Shown here: positions 18,777 to 28,105 of the stretch, one piece after another
How positions within the stretch are numbered: the stretch's first letter is position 1
Layout: each line of letters begins with the position of its first letter
Assembly: GCA_018696595.1 (NCBI GenBank)
Contig: JABHQW010000008.1
Span: 128,001-192,000 of the forward strand
Direction of reading: 5' to 3'
Length of the DNA: 64,000 bases
Origin: Candidatus Woesearchaeota archaeon
Lineage (GTDB): Archaea > Nanobdellota > Nanobdellia > Woesearchaeales > GW2011-AR9
Position numbers and translations under genes: made by a program
Notes under the pieces: model-generated
What the model saw: the letters and a program-made list of their open reading frames with translations, nothing else
Told to the model about the DNA's origin: nothing
Database searches by the model: none

Positions 18777-20513
18777 ATGGTTCAGAAAACTGCAGAAGAT
18801 TTAGCAAAGAAACAGAAACAGATCTCTATTGCGGAATTCTTTGAGAAAAATAGACACTTACTAGGTTTTGATAATCCTAGAAAAGCTTTACTAATTGCAG
18901 TAAAAGAAGCAGTAGATAATGCTTTAGATGCGTGTGAAGAAGCAAGAATTTTACCTGAAATAAACGTAGAACTGATTCAACTTTCAGATGATCGTTTCAG
19001 AATGATTGTTGAAGATAACGGACCAGGAATTATTGAAAAACAAATTCCAAAAATATTTGCTAAGCTTTTATATGGGAGCAAATTTCATAAATTATCATCT
19101 ACAAGAGGACAGCAAGGTATCGGAATTTCTGCTACACTTCTTTACGGACAATTGACTACCGGAAAACCAGCTTTGATTACTTCTAAGATTGGAAAGAATC
19201 AACCAGCACATCAAATCAAACTTAAAATTAATACGCAAACAAATAATCCGGACGTTGTTTCAAGTACAACTGTTGAATGGGATGAAAAAGAACATGGCAC
19301 CAGAATAGAAATTGATATGGAAGGAGCTTATTTAAAAGGAAAACAGTCTGTTGATGAATATTTAAAACAAACAGCAATCGTTAATCCTCATTTAACGTTA
19401 ATTTATACTAATCCAAATGCAGAACAGTTTATCTTCCCAAGAGCCACAGAAAGTTTGCCTGCAGAAGTTAAAGAAATTAAACCACATCCTTATGGGGTAG
19501 AGTTGGGAAGATTAATCAAGATGTTAGATCTGACCTCTGCAAAATCTTTACAACAATTCTTAACAACAGAATTTGTTCGTGTAGGGGGTGGAACTGCAAA
19601 AACAATTTGTGAAAATTCCGCATTACTACCAAAAACAAGACCCGGAAGAGTTAGTAGAGATATGGCTGAACAACTTTTCAATGGAATTAAAAAAACCAAA
19701 ATCATTTCGCCACCAACCGATTGTATTTCTCCAATTGGTGAAGAAGAGTTAGAGAAAGGATTACGAAAAGAAATCAATGCTGAATTTTATTGTTCCACTA
19801 CAAGAAATCCTTCTGTTTACCGGGGAAATCCATTTATTATTGAAGCCGCAATGGCTTTTGGCGGAGAACAACCAGCAGATAAAACTGTAAGAATAATGCG
19901 ATTTGCTAATCGTGTTCCTTTATTATATCAACAAGGAGCTTGTGCAATCACTAATTCCTTGATGCATACTTCCTGGCGATCTTATGGATTAAACCAAAGT
20001 AAGAATTCTATTCCTGTTGGCCCTTGTACAATTGTAGTACATATGACTTCTGTTTGGGTCCCATTTACAAGCGAATCTAAAGAAGCACTTGCCCAGTATA
20101 ATGAGATTGTTAGAGAAATAAAGTTTGCTTTGCAAGAATGTGGAAGAAAACTTGCTAGTTTTGTTAACAAGAAAAGAAGAATTAAAGATGAAGGTAAAAA
20201 AAGAAGTTATATTGAGAAATATATTCCTCATGTTGCTGAAGCATTACATGAATTATTAGGTTTAGATGAAATTAGTAAGAAAAAGATTGAAGATGATTTA
20301 TGTGAGATTTTAGAACATACTAGAGGAGAATTAGAAGAAATTAAAGTGGACAATCCAGATTATGATCCCGAATTGGCTAAAATTGGTAAAGAAGAGAAAG
20401 AAAAGAAGGAAGAAAAAGAAGAATCTGAAAGTGAAACAGGAAAAGAAAGTAAAGAAGACAAGAATGATAAAGTTAAAGACAAAAAGAAGCCTGGACAACA
20501 GAAGTTAATGTAA
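18777..20513 (+). CDS. top6B: DNA topoisomerase VI subunit B
   Basis: [42 protein letters not shown]. Confidence 0.97.
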   Translation: MVQKTAEDLAKKQKQISIAEFFEKNRHLLGFDNPRKALLIAVKEAVDNALDACEEARILPEINVELIQLSDDRFRMIVEDNGPGIIEKQIPKIFAKLLYGSKFHKLSSTRGQQGIGISATLLYGQLTTGKPALITSKIGKNQPAHQIKLKINTQTNNPDVVSSTTVEWDEKEHGTRIEIDMEGAYLKGKQSVDEYLKQTAIVNPHLTLIYTNPNAEQFIFPRATESLPAEVKEIKPHPYGVELGRLIKMLDLTSAKSLQQFLTTEFVRVGGGTAKTICENSALLPKTRPGRVSRDMAEQLFNGIKKTKIISPPTDCISPIGEEELEKGLRKEINAEFYCSTTRNPSVYRGNPFIIEAAMAFGGEQPADKTVRIMRFANRVPLLYQQGACAITNSLMHTSWRSYGLNQSKNSIPVGPCTIVVHMTSVWVPFTSESKEALAQYNEIVREIKFALQECGRKLASFVNKKRRIKDEGKKRSYIEKYIPHVAEALHELLGLDEISKKKIEDDLCEILEHTRGELEEIKVDNPDYDPELAKIGKEEKEKKEEKEESESETGKESKEDKNDKVKDKKKPGQQKLM

Positions 20514-20521
20514 ATAATAAA

Positions 20522-21616
20522 ATGGCAAAAAAAACAGATAACGTTGTAGAAAAAATTCAAGAGATAGCTAAAGACATTTACAACAAAATTAAACTAATTA
20601 AGCAACCTGAATTAGTAATGCCAATCAGAGCTTTAAGTAACGTTGAGTATAATGAAAAAGAAGGATATTTCAAAATCATGGATAAAATTAAGTCACGAAC
20701 ATTAACTGCTTCTACCATCAAAACTTTTGCTCAAACATTGAGGATGATGGGTCTTTCAAAAGAACTTATAGAAAAAAATGATATTGCTACCAAAAGAGAA
20801 GCCTATTATGTTTCTAAAAATTGGGGGGATGCCCGTTTTAAAGAACAACCGGAATCAGATACAGTCATGGATGATATTGAAGCAATGATGCGTGTTAATC
20901 GTGAACAAATCGGTTTTATCCCCGGCGAAAAAGGTGGTGCAGTTGCTGGTAAGTTAACAGTGATTGATGTTGATCAAGATACAAAAAAAGAATTAAAAAT
21001 TGATTGCACTAAATTTGGAAGTGGGGCATATGCAATCCCTTCTTCAGTTGAACATTTAAAATTTGAAACTAATGCTAAATTTGTATTGGCAATTGAAACT
21101 GCGGGTATGTTTGAACGGCTTAACAAACATAAATATTGGAAAAAAACTAATTGTATTATTATAGCAATGTCTGGAGTTCCTACAAGAGCAACAAGAAGAT
21201 TTATGAGAAAACTAGCTGATGAAAACAAGTTACCAGTTTATGTATTTACAGATGGTGACCCTTACGGATATTTTAGTATTTATCGGACTCTTAAAGTTGG
21301 TTCAGGAAATGCTGCCCATATCAATAAATTTTTCTGTGTGCCAAATGCTCGTTTTATTGGGGTTACGCCCCAAGATATTGAAGATTATAAATTGCCAACT
21401 CATCCATTGAAAGAAGTTGATTTCAAAAAAATCAAAGATGTTATTAAGAATGATCCATTCTGTAAACATCATAAAGAATGGCAAAAAGCTCTTCAAAAAA
21501 TGGCAAAAATGAAAGTTAGGGTTGAACAGCAAGCTTTTTCGGCACATAGTTTGAACTTTGTAATGGAAACATACTTACCTAAGAAATTGAAAGATCAAAA
21601 GACGTGGTTACCATGA
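20522..21616 (+). CDS. top6A: DNA topoisomerase VI subunit A
   Basis: TKREAYY, AIET, FTDGDPYG, EQQA. Confidence 0.96.
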   Translation: MAKKTDNVVEKIQEIAKDIYNKIKLIKQPELVMPIRALSNVEYNEKEGYFKIMDKIKSRTLTASTIKTFAQTLRMMGLSKELIEKNDIATKREAYYVSKNWGDARFKEQPESDTVMDDIEAMMRVNREQIGFIPGEKGGAVAGKLTVIDVDQDTKKELKIDCTKFGSGAYAIPSSVEHLKFETNAKFVLAIETAGMFERLNKHKYWKKTNCIIIAMSGVPTRATRRFMRKLADENKLPVYVFTDGDPYGYFSIYRTLKVGSGNAAHINKFFCVPNARFIGVTPQDIEDYKLPTHPLKEVDFKKIKDVIKNDPFCKHHKEWQKALQKMAKMKVRVEQQAFSAHSLNFVMETYLPKKLKDQKTWLP

Positions 21617-21993
21617 TGATTAAAATAGAAAAAATAGAACAGTATTATGGTGGCGAAAGAGGTAGCTCTTTCTTTGCCAAAAATGAAGGCAGACCCTTGA
21701 TTTCTATTCTTAAAAGAAACAAAGGAACTGTTTCTGGCCATCATTATCATACCGAAAAGACAAAAGGTAAAAACCCAGAAGTTTTTGTTTTAATTTCTGG
21801 AAAGATGGAATTATATGTTGAGGATATCAAAACCAAAGAATCACAAACCCATATTATTGAAGAAAATACCTTGTTTGAAATCCCCCCATATATTTATCAT
21901 GAAGTTAAAGCAATAACAGATTTTGTTGCTTTAGAATTTAATGTTTCTATGGAAGACCAAACAAATGTAATTGAAGGCAAAGAATTACAATGA
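21613..21993 (+). CDS. cupin-fold protein
   Basis: GHHYH...EVF...G and IPPYIYHEV cupin motifs. Confidence 0.75.
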   Translation: MMIKIEKIEQYYGGERGSSFFAKNEGRPLISILKRNKGTVSGHHYHTEKTKGKNPEVFVLISGKMELYVEDIKTKESQTHIIEENTLFEIPPYIYHEVKAITDFVALEFNVSMEDQTNVIEGKELQ

Positions 21994-22541
21994 AAAAAAT
22001 ATTAATAATCGGATTAATGGTAATAACTTTATTCTTATTATCATGTGGGGGAGAAAAAATGACAAACAAAACAGCAACATTTCATACTACATTAGGAACA
22101 TTTGAAATTGAATTATTTGAAGAACAAATGCCAATTACTACAAAGAACTTTATTGCTTTAGCAGAAAAAGGGTTCTATGACGATACTAAATTTCATCGTG
22201 TTATTTCTGGATTTATGATCCAGGGCGGAGACCCATTATCTAAAGATAACTCCAAGAAACACATGTGGGGCACTGGTGATCCAGGATATAAAATCAAAGA
22301 TGAATTTGGCGATGTTGGAAACAATAAAGGAACAATATCTATGGCTAATTCAGGACCAAATTCTGGTGGAAGTCAATTCTTTGTTAATTTAGTTAACAAT
22401 AATTTTCTGGATTCAAAACATCCAGTTTTTGGTAAAGTAACCAATGGGATGAATATTGTAGAAAATATTGGCAAAGTTCAAACAGCTCAAGCTGATCAAC
22501 CAGTTGAAGATGTAGTTATTGAAAAAATTGTAATTTCTTAA
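21990..22541 (+). CDS. cyclophilin-type peptidyl-prolyl isomerase, possible lipoprotein
   Basis: FHRVISGFMIQGGDP, SMANSGPNSGGSQFF; LLSC lipobox-like N-terminus. Confidence 0.92.
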   Translation: MKKILIIGLMVITLFLLSCGGEKMTNKTATFHTTLGTFEIELFEEQMPITTKNFIALAEKGFYDDTKFHRVISGFMIQGGDPLSKDNSKKHMWGTGDPGYKIKDEFGDVGNNKGTISMANSGPNSGGSQFFVNLVNNNFLDSKHPVFGKVTNGMNIVENIGKVQTAQADQPVEDVVIEKIVIS

Positions 22542-23173
22542 TTTTTAATTTCTTTCTTTAATCCAATAATCATTTCTTTGTAAGAGCTCAGTTCTTTAGA
22601 AACAGTGATTTGTTTTAAATTTTGATTCTCAAAACCAGTATCACTAATGATAACTCCATTTTCATTTAGTTTACTTAAAATCTTATTTTCATAATCGAAA
22701 ATGTAATCTCGCATAATTCTAAATGCTTTTTCAAAATAAATATCATAACTTTGTAATTCAGAGAAATGATTTTCTATCTTTTTCATAACAAAGGTTAAAG
22801 TGATGAGTTTATGATTCCAGTGAAATTGAATTTGACTTTTATCTTCTGAGAAACTAATTCCCACTTCATCTAAAATTGTTTTAATCATCCCCAGGTTATT
22901 ATCCTCGTCAACAAATGTAAGATTAGCTTTGTTTAATTGCGGGAATAGTTTATCTAAATAAATTAGTGGAAATAGAATATCCGTACCACAACCAGGGTAA
23001 AGTAAAGAGATTTCTGTTTTTTCAAAGGGGATGCTTATTTTGTTTAATAATTCCAAATTTTGATAATCATCTTCAAAGAAGTAACTCTTAAGTTTTTCTT
23101 GGTTAATTTTGTTGTTAGAGTTTAGCCCTTTTGCTTCAACCTTCTTTTCTTCATAAATTATTAAGTTTGGCAT
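22538..23173 (-). CDS. hypothetical protein, possible SAM-dependent methyltransferase fold
   Basis: LYPGCGTD glycine-rich motif. Confidence 0.45.
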   Translation of the reverse strand: MPNLIIYEEKKVEAKGLNSNNKINQEKLKSYFFEDDYQNLELLNKISIPFEKTEISLLYPGCGTDILFPLIYLDKLFPQLNKANLTFVDEDNNLGMIKTILDEVGISFSEDKSQIQFHWNHKLITLTFVMKKIENHFSELQSYDIYFEKAFRIMRDYIFDYENKILSKLNENGVIISDTGFENQNLKQITVSKELSSYKEMIIGLKKEIKN

Positions 23174-23272
23174 TGATTAAACTTAACTTAGAAATATACA
23201 TAAAAAACTTTCTATTTTTTGTAGATTTCAAACGAAATGTTTAAAAGTTACCACCAGATTTAATCATTTAAT

Positions 23273-23389
23273 GGGCCTGTAGCCTAGCCTGGATAGGGCG
23301 CCAGCCTTCTAAGCTGGATACCGTGGGTTCGAATATCTTACAGGGAGACTACAAATCTTCCTGAAGATTTGAAAGTCCCTCCAGGCCCA
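23273..23389 (+). tRNA. tRNA-Arg(TCT) with intron at 59/60
   Basis: Acceptor stem GGGCCTG/CAGGCCC, anticodon arm CCAGC-CTTCTAA-GCTGG, T-loop TTCGAA|T interrupted by 42 nt. Confidence 0.88.
23334..23375 (+). other. non-canonical tRNA intron (bulge-helix-bulge)
   Basis: Central helix TTCG/TGAA, bulges AA|T and AG|T. Confidence 0.8.
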
Positions 23390-23405
23390 TTTTACATTTC
23401 TAAAG

Positions 23406-23445
23406 CCACTAGACACACTCGACAACCTCAGGCAAAGCTTATTAA
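23406..23445 (+). promoter_or_regulatory. CCACTAGACA-CACTCGACA motif followed after 14 nt by TATA-like TTATTAA
   Basis: Matches copies at 5803 and 43138; upstream of the LAGLIDADG gene. Confidence 0.6.
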
Positions 23446-23510
23446 TTATTAATACTCATTTTAATTCACTCTTTATTTTTTCAATTATGTAAAACAAAGA
23501 GGTGATTGAA

Positions 23511-24221
23511 ATGGAATTTAACTTATATGAATTCATTGGCGTAATGATTGGAGACGGTTGTTTAATGGATTATCCCCATCTAAGAGCATATAGGGTTGAA
23601 ATAACGGGCAATGTAGTTGAGGAAAGAGATTATTATGAAAATATTTCTATTTTTCTTCAAAAAGAATTTAACCTCACACCAAAAGTATTTGAACGTTCTT
23701 ATAAAGATGGATCAAAAGGATTAAAGCTAATTGTTAATAATAAGAGATTTGTCTACTTCTTGAAAAATGAATATGGTTTTACAAATAATAAAACATACAC
23801 GGTAGAAATTCCTAATCATTTAATGACTTGGGACAAGTCAAAACATATTTTGAGAGGGATTTTTGAAACTGATGGGTGTCTTTATTTCTCTAAATCCAGA
23901 GTTACAACCAACAAACCCACTTATCCTCGTTTAGAAATTACTACAGTAAGTGTTAAATTAGCCAATCAAATTGTCAAAATATTAAAAGAAAACGGATTTT
24001 CTGTTCAAAACCATAAAAATCGTTCATCAACAGTGATTTATTTAAGTGGGGCAGAAATGCTTCAAAAATGGATAACGGAAATTGGATTTAGTAGTAACAA
24101 AAATTGGAGTAAATATTATTTGTGGAAAAAATTGGGTTATTATATCCCAAGAATCACTCTTCCCGAAAGGCTCTCTCTTTTGGAAAGTAAAGACTTACAA
24201 ATAATACCAGAAATTATATAA
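23511..24221 (+). CDS. free-standing double-motif LAGLIDADG endonuclease-like protein
   Basis: FIGVMIGDGCL and ILRGIFETDGCL motifs, YPRLEIT. Confidence 0.88.
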   Translation: MEFNLYEFIGVMIGDGCLMDYPHLRAYRVEITGNVVEERDYYENISIFLQKEFNLTPKVFERSYKDGSKGLKLIVNNKRFVYFLKNEYGFTNNKTYTVEIPNHLMTWDKSKHILRGIFETDGCLYFSKSRVTTNKPTYPRLEITTVSVKLANQIVKILKENGFSVQNHKNRSSTVIYLSGAEMLQKWITEIGFSSNKNWSKYYLWKKLGYYIPRITLPERLSLLESKDLQIIPEII

Positions 24222-24248
24222 ATAACACTAATTCTAACCAATTGTCAA

Positions 24249-24321
24249 GGGTCCGTGGCAAAGTGGCTAATGCGAGAGCCTGCAGAGCTTTAGATCGAGG
24301 GTTCGAGTCCCTCCGGGCCCT
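24249..24321 (+). tRNA. tRNA-Cys(GCA)
   Basis: GGGTCCG/CGGGCCC acceptor, AGAGC-CTGCAGA-GCTTT anticodon arm, GAGGG-TTCGAGT-CCCTC T arm, U73. Confidence 0.93.
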
Positions 24322-24379
24322 TTTTATTCTTTTTTTTTAACTCACAAAATTTATTAACCCCCTAATTCTAAACAAAAAT

Positions 24380-25057
24380 ATGACTTTAATCAAAGAATCT
24401 TTTCAAAGATTATTTCCAGAAAGAGAGTTTAAGTATAAAACTTATCTGGAGTATAATCGCAGATTAGGAAATTTTAATGCCAATATTAAATATGATTACA
24501 ATAAAATATCAATTCATCTTAATTTACAGTGGAAAGATATTGAGGATGAGATTAAAATTGGCTTAATTCAAACATTATTGGTCAAAGTCTTTAAAACTAA
24601 AAAGAGACAAACCTCTAACATTAATTTATATAATAATTTCATCAAGAATATTCCGACGTTAACAGAAAAAATTCATTCTAATCCAATTCTTGAATCTTCT
24701 TTCCATCGTGTTAATAATGGGTTCTTCTTCAACCAAATTGAAAAACCAAACTTAAAGTGGGGCACAGATTCAAGAAGAAAATTAGCCTCATATAATTTTC
24801 ATGATGATACTGTAACTGTTTCTACCATCTTTAAAGAATCAAGAGAAGAATTGTTGGATTACTTAATGTATCATGAATTACTACATAAATATCATAAATT
24901 TAATCATAAAAATGGTAGAAGTTTCTTCCATACTAAACAATTTAAAGCGGACGAGAATCTTTATCCGGATAAAGAAGCTTTGGAAAGAGAAATTAGTAAG
25001 ATTATAAGAAATTCTAGAGTGCCTAAGAAGAAAGAGTTATTTTCTTTTTTTAAATGA
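24380..25057 (+). CDS. SprT-like/M48-type zinc metalloprotease domain protein
   Basis: YLMYHELLH, HTKQF. Confidence 0.7.
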   Translation: MTLIKESFQRLFPEREFKYKTYLEYNRRLGNFNANIKYDYNKISIHLNLQWKDIEDEIKIGLIQTLLVKVFKTKKRQTSNINLYNNFIKNIPTLTEKIHSNPILESSFHRVNNGFFFNQIEKPNLKWGTDSRRKLASYNFHDDTVTVSTIFKESREELLDYLMYHELLHKYHKFNHKNGRSFFHTKQFKADENLYPDKEALEREISKIIRNSRVPKKKELFSFFK

Positions 25058-25080
25058 TTCATAAGATTTATTAATAAAAC

Positions 25081-25227
25081 CCAGGAAAAATAAGAAAATA
25101 AAGCCAAAAATCCCGCAACAATACAGAAATCTAAAATTTAACAAAGATTAAATTTTAGGTCCTAAAAACAGTTGTTTTTAGAAAACAAAGATTTTTCTGG
25201 GGTTTAAGAATTTACAGCGTAAATTCT
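25081..25227. repeat. cluster of AT-rich inverted repeats upstream of the histone gene
   Basis: CTAAAATTTAA/TTAAATTTTAG (25131-25158), CTAAAAACA/TGTTTTTAG (25162-25181), AGAATTTAC/GTAAATTCT (25207-25227). Confidence 0.7.
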
Positions 25228-25264
25228 CGAAACCTTTAAAAAGAGGGCTAATTTATCCATCCCT

Positions 25265-25477
25265 ATGGTAAAAAAGAAGTTTCTATCCCATAATGCAATG
25301 GATAAAATCATGCGTGAAGCTGGCGCTTTAAGAGTTTCAGATGATGCAAAAGCAACCCTTGCAGAGGTTTTAGAAAAAAAGGCATTAGAAATATCAGCAG
25401 AAGCAAAAAAGATGGCTGAACACGCTGGTAGAAAAACAGTAACAGAAAAAGATATCCATTTAGCAAATAAAGAATAA
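25265..25477 (+). CDS. archaeal histone (HMf-like)
   Basis: RVSDDAK, AEHAGRKTVTEKDI. Confidence 0.93.
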   Translation: MVKKKFLSHNAMDKIMREAGALRVSDDAKATLAEVLEKKALEISAEAKKMAEHAGRKTVTEKDIHLANKE

Positions 25478-25510
25478 ACAAATAATAATCAATTAGGAAG
25501 GTGGTTTACT

Positions 25511-25903
25511 ATGTATGAGAAAAAACTTGTTAGTGTAGGTAGCTTAAAAAAAGGAGACACAATCATCATTGATGGTGCGGCTTGTAAAATTACAGATACA
25601 ACTACATCTAGGCCAGGAAAACACGGTCACGCTAAAGTTAACATGATGGCGGTAGGAATGTTAGATGGTAAAAAAAGAAACTTAGTTATGCCAGGTCATG
25701 ACAAAGTCGAAGCACCAGTAGTAGAAAAGAAAAATGCTCAAGTCCTATCCATATCCGGAAAAATGGCTAATGTGATGGACACAGAAAGTTATGAAACTTT
25801 TGACTTAGAAATCCCAGAAGAATTAAAAGCAGACGTAAAAGAAGGTTCTGAAGTTTTATATTGGATCTTGATGGGAATGCAAGTTATGAAGCAAGTCAAA
25901 TAA
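25511..25903 (+). CDS. eif5a: translation factor aIF5A
   Basis: SRPGKHGHAKV hypusine-site motif. Confidence 0.95.
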   Translation: MYEKKLVSVGSLKKGDTIIIDGAACKITDTTTSRPGKHGHAKVNMMAVGMLDGKKRNLVMPGHDKVEAPVVEKKNAQVLSISGKMANVMDTESYETFDLEIPEELKADVKEGSEVLYWILMGMQVMKQVK

Positions 25904-25930
25904 ACAATCTAATAATAAAGGTGAATCAAT

Positions 25931-26092
25931 ATGGTAAAATTTGAAGAAGCTGCAGTAAGAAAACAAAAAAACATTTTTGTTTGCAGAACATGTAAATCTA
26001 AAATTAGAGCTGCAAGTTTAAAAGTTGCTCAAAAGAAAATTAGTTGTCGTAAGTGTAGTGCAAAGAAACTTCGACCTAAAAGAAAAAAGTAA
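25931..26092 (+). CDS. rpl40e: 50S ribosomal protein L40e
   Basis: Manually read MVKFEEA...VCRTC...CRKC...LRPKRKK (53 aa). Confidence 0.88.
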   Translation: MVKFEEAAVRKQKNIFVCRTCKSKIRAASLKVAQKKISCRKCSAKKLRPKRKK

Positions 26093-26118
26093 ACCAATAA
26101 AGAGGGTTTTGTGATAGG

Positions 26119-27312
26119 ATGTTTGAACTAATAACTACATTTATTTGGAAGTACAAATTTATTTTCTTATTCTATTTATTAGTAGTTCTTTTACTATATG
26201 TAAAAAGAAAAAAATTAGATTTTCAAGCTAAGGTTATTGTTCTTTACCGAATGAAATTTGGTTTAAGGTTTATTGAAAAGTTTGCTAACAAGTTTAGAGA
26301 ACCAACTATTCTTTTAGGTTATATTGGTGTTGGTGCTGGTTATGTGGGTTTAATTTTTATTTCTTATGTTCTAATTAAAAACTTAGTTGATTTGGTAATT
26401 AGCCCAGCTGCAGTTTCAGGAGTTAGTTTAGTATTACCTGGAGTTAATATTCCTGGATTAGGAGTTTTACCATTCTGGTATTGGGTCATTGCAATTTTCT
26501 TGATTGCTTTAGTGCATGAGTTTTCCCATGGGATCGTTGCTAGAGCACATAAAATTGATGTCAAAAATACCGGCATTGTTTTTTTAGGGCCAATTATTGG
26601 TGCTTTTGTTGAACCAAATGAGAAACAACTTAGAAAACAATCCGATATCAAACAATATTCTGTATTAGCTGCAGGAAGTTTTTCTAATATCCTTTTAGCA
26701 ATTGTTGCTTTATTATTGCTTAATTTCTGTTTCATGCCTTTACAAGAAGCGATGGTTGAACCAACCGGATTTACCTTTGATGCTTATGTAAATGAAGATT
26801 TGCCTTTTGCTCAAGCTGGAATTATGCCTGGAACTTTAATTAATGGCATTGATGGCAGTATGACTTACAGATTTGAAGAATTTAGTGAAAAGTTATTTTG
26901 TACTTCTCCCGGAGATAAAGTTTCTATTATAGGTGCAGAAAAAAATTATCCTGTTACACTTGCAGAAAATCCAGAAGTGCCAGGAAAAAGTTATTTAGGG
27001 ATTCAAACAATCCATAACGAATTTGAAGTTAAAGAGAAATATAGTACTGGAGTTTGGAAATCTGTCTATTATTCTTTAGATTGGTTAACTGGGTTCTTAC
27101 GTTGGTTATTTATTCTTAGTTTAGGAATTGGTTTGTTTAATCTTTTACCTTTACCAATTGTTGATGGTGGTAGAATGATGCAAGTTTTCTTACATAAGTT
27201 ACGTGGAGAACAAAGCGGCGAGAAATGGTACAGAAAGATTGGTATGTTCTTCTTATTAGTATTATTATTGAATTTTATTTACCCTCTGATTAGAGGCTGG
27301 TTAGGGATATAG
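26119..27312 (+). CDS. site-2 protease (M50) with PDZ-like domain
   Basis: VHEFSHG, GAFVEP, FNLLPLPIVDGG. Confidence 0.92.
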   Translation: MFELITTFIWKYKFIFLFYLLVVLLLYVKRKKLDFQAKVIVLYRMKFGLRFIEKFANKFREPTILLGYIGVGAGYVGLIFISYVLIKNLVDLVISPAAVSGVSLVLPGVNIPGLGVLPFWYWVIAIFLIALVHEFSHGIVARAHKIDVKNTGIVFLGPIIGAFVEPNEKQLRKQSDIKQYSVLAAGSFSNILLAIVALLLLNFCFMPLQEAMVEPTGFTFDAYVNEDLPFAQAGIMPGTLINGIDGSMTYRFEEFSEKLFCTSPGDKVSIIGAEKNYPVTLAENPEVPGKSYLGIQTIHNEFEVKEKYSTGVWKSVYYSLDWLTGFLRWLFILSLGIGLFNLLPLPIVDGGRMMQVFLHKLRGEQSGEKWYRKIGMFFLLVLLLNFIYPLIRGWLGI

Positions 27313-27334
27313 AAAAAATAAAAGAAAGAAAAAT

Positions 27335-28066
27335 CTAACTTTTAACCAATCTTAACAGACTATACTTCTTACTTAAGAATAATTCTTGAGCAGGAAAACT
27401 AATTTTCCATTTCTCAACAGCATAGTCTAAAGCGGTGTTAAAGATAACATAAGACCCTGCAATCCCTAATCCAAACAATAACCGTTCATATCCTGTAATT
27501 GGAATTAAAGTTAACCACATCCCAACTGTTGAGGGTATGGTCCAAATCCAGATTGCTGTGCCCACTGCATGAGCTGCAAAGGTTGCCCCTAAACTTCTGA
27601 ATAATAATTTTCCTGGCACTTTCTTTGGTAGAATTACTGCAAATACTGGAATCAACCAATACAATGAATAAACCCATGCTTGTCTTCCAATAGGATGATA
27701 AATGAACAAAGCAATACAAATTAAAGGGACTGTTACTTTAATCCAATTCTGATTTCTTTTCTTAACGGACATACCAAAATAGTAAGCTGCAAATAACATT
27801 GGTAAGAATCTTAAAATACTAACCCATGTCCATTCTTTTCCCATAATCAAGAAATCTGCAAGTTGTGCAAAAAGTACCGCAATCCCTCCAAAAATGGGCC
27901 CTAAAAAAGCACCCGCTGTTGGACCAAAGAATTGATATAATGTAAAAAATTGATTCTCTGCTCCTAAAACGGGAGAGAAATTAATTTTTCTTCCAATTAG
28001 TACTAGAACAAAGAATATTAGTAAAAAGATAATTCTTTTTGTTGTAAATATATTTTTAGCATCCAT
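27335..28066 (-). CDS. putative ECF-transporter S-component-like membrane protein
   Basis: About 6 TMs, GAFLGPIFG..A..ADF pattern, downstream of folC. Confidence 0.5.
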   Translation of the reverse strand: MDAKNIFTTKRIIFLLIFFVLVLIGRKINFSPVLGAENQFFTLYQFFGPTAGAFLGPIFGGIAVLFAQLADFLIMGKEWTWVSILRFLPMLFAAYYFGMSVKKRNQNWIKVTVPLICIALFIYHPIGRQAWVYSLYWLIPVFAVILPKKVPGKLLFRSLGATFAAHAVGTAIWIWTIPSTVGMWLTLIPITGYERLLFGLGIAGSYVIFNTALDYAVEKWKISFPAQELFLSKKYSLLRLVKS

Positions 28067-28105
28067 GTTTAACCACCCTTAAAATAAATTATTTCTTTTT
28101 ATTTA

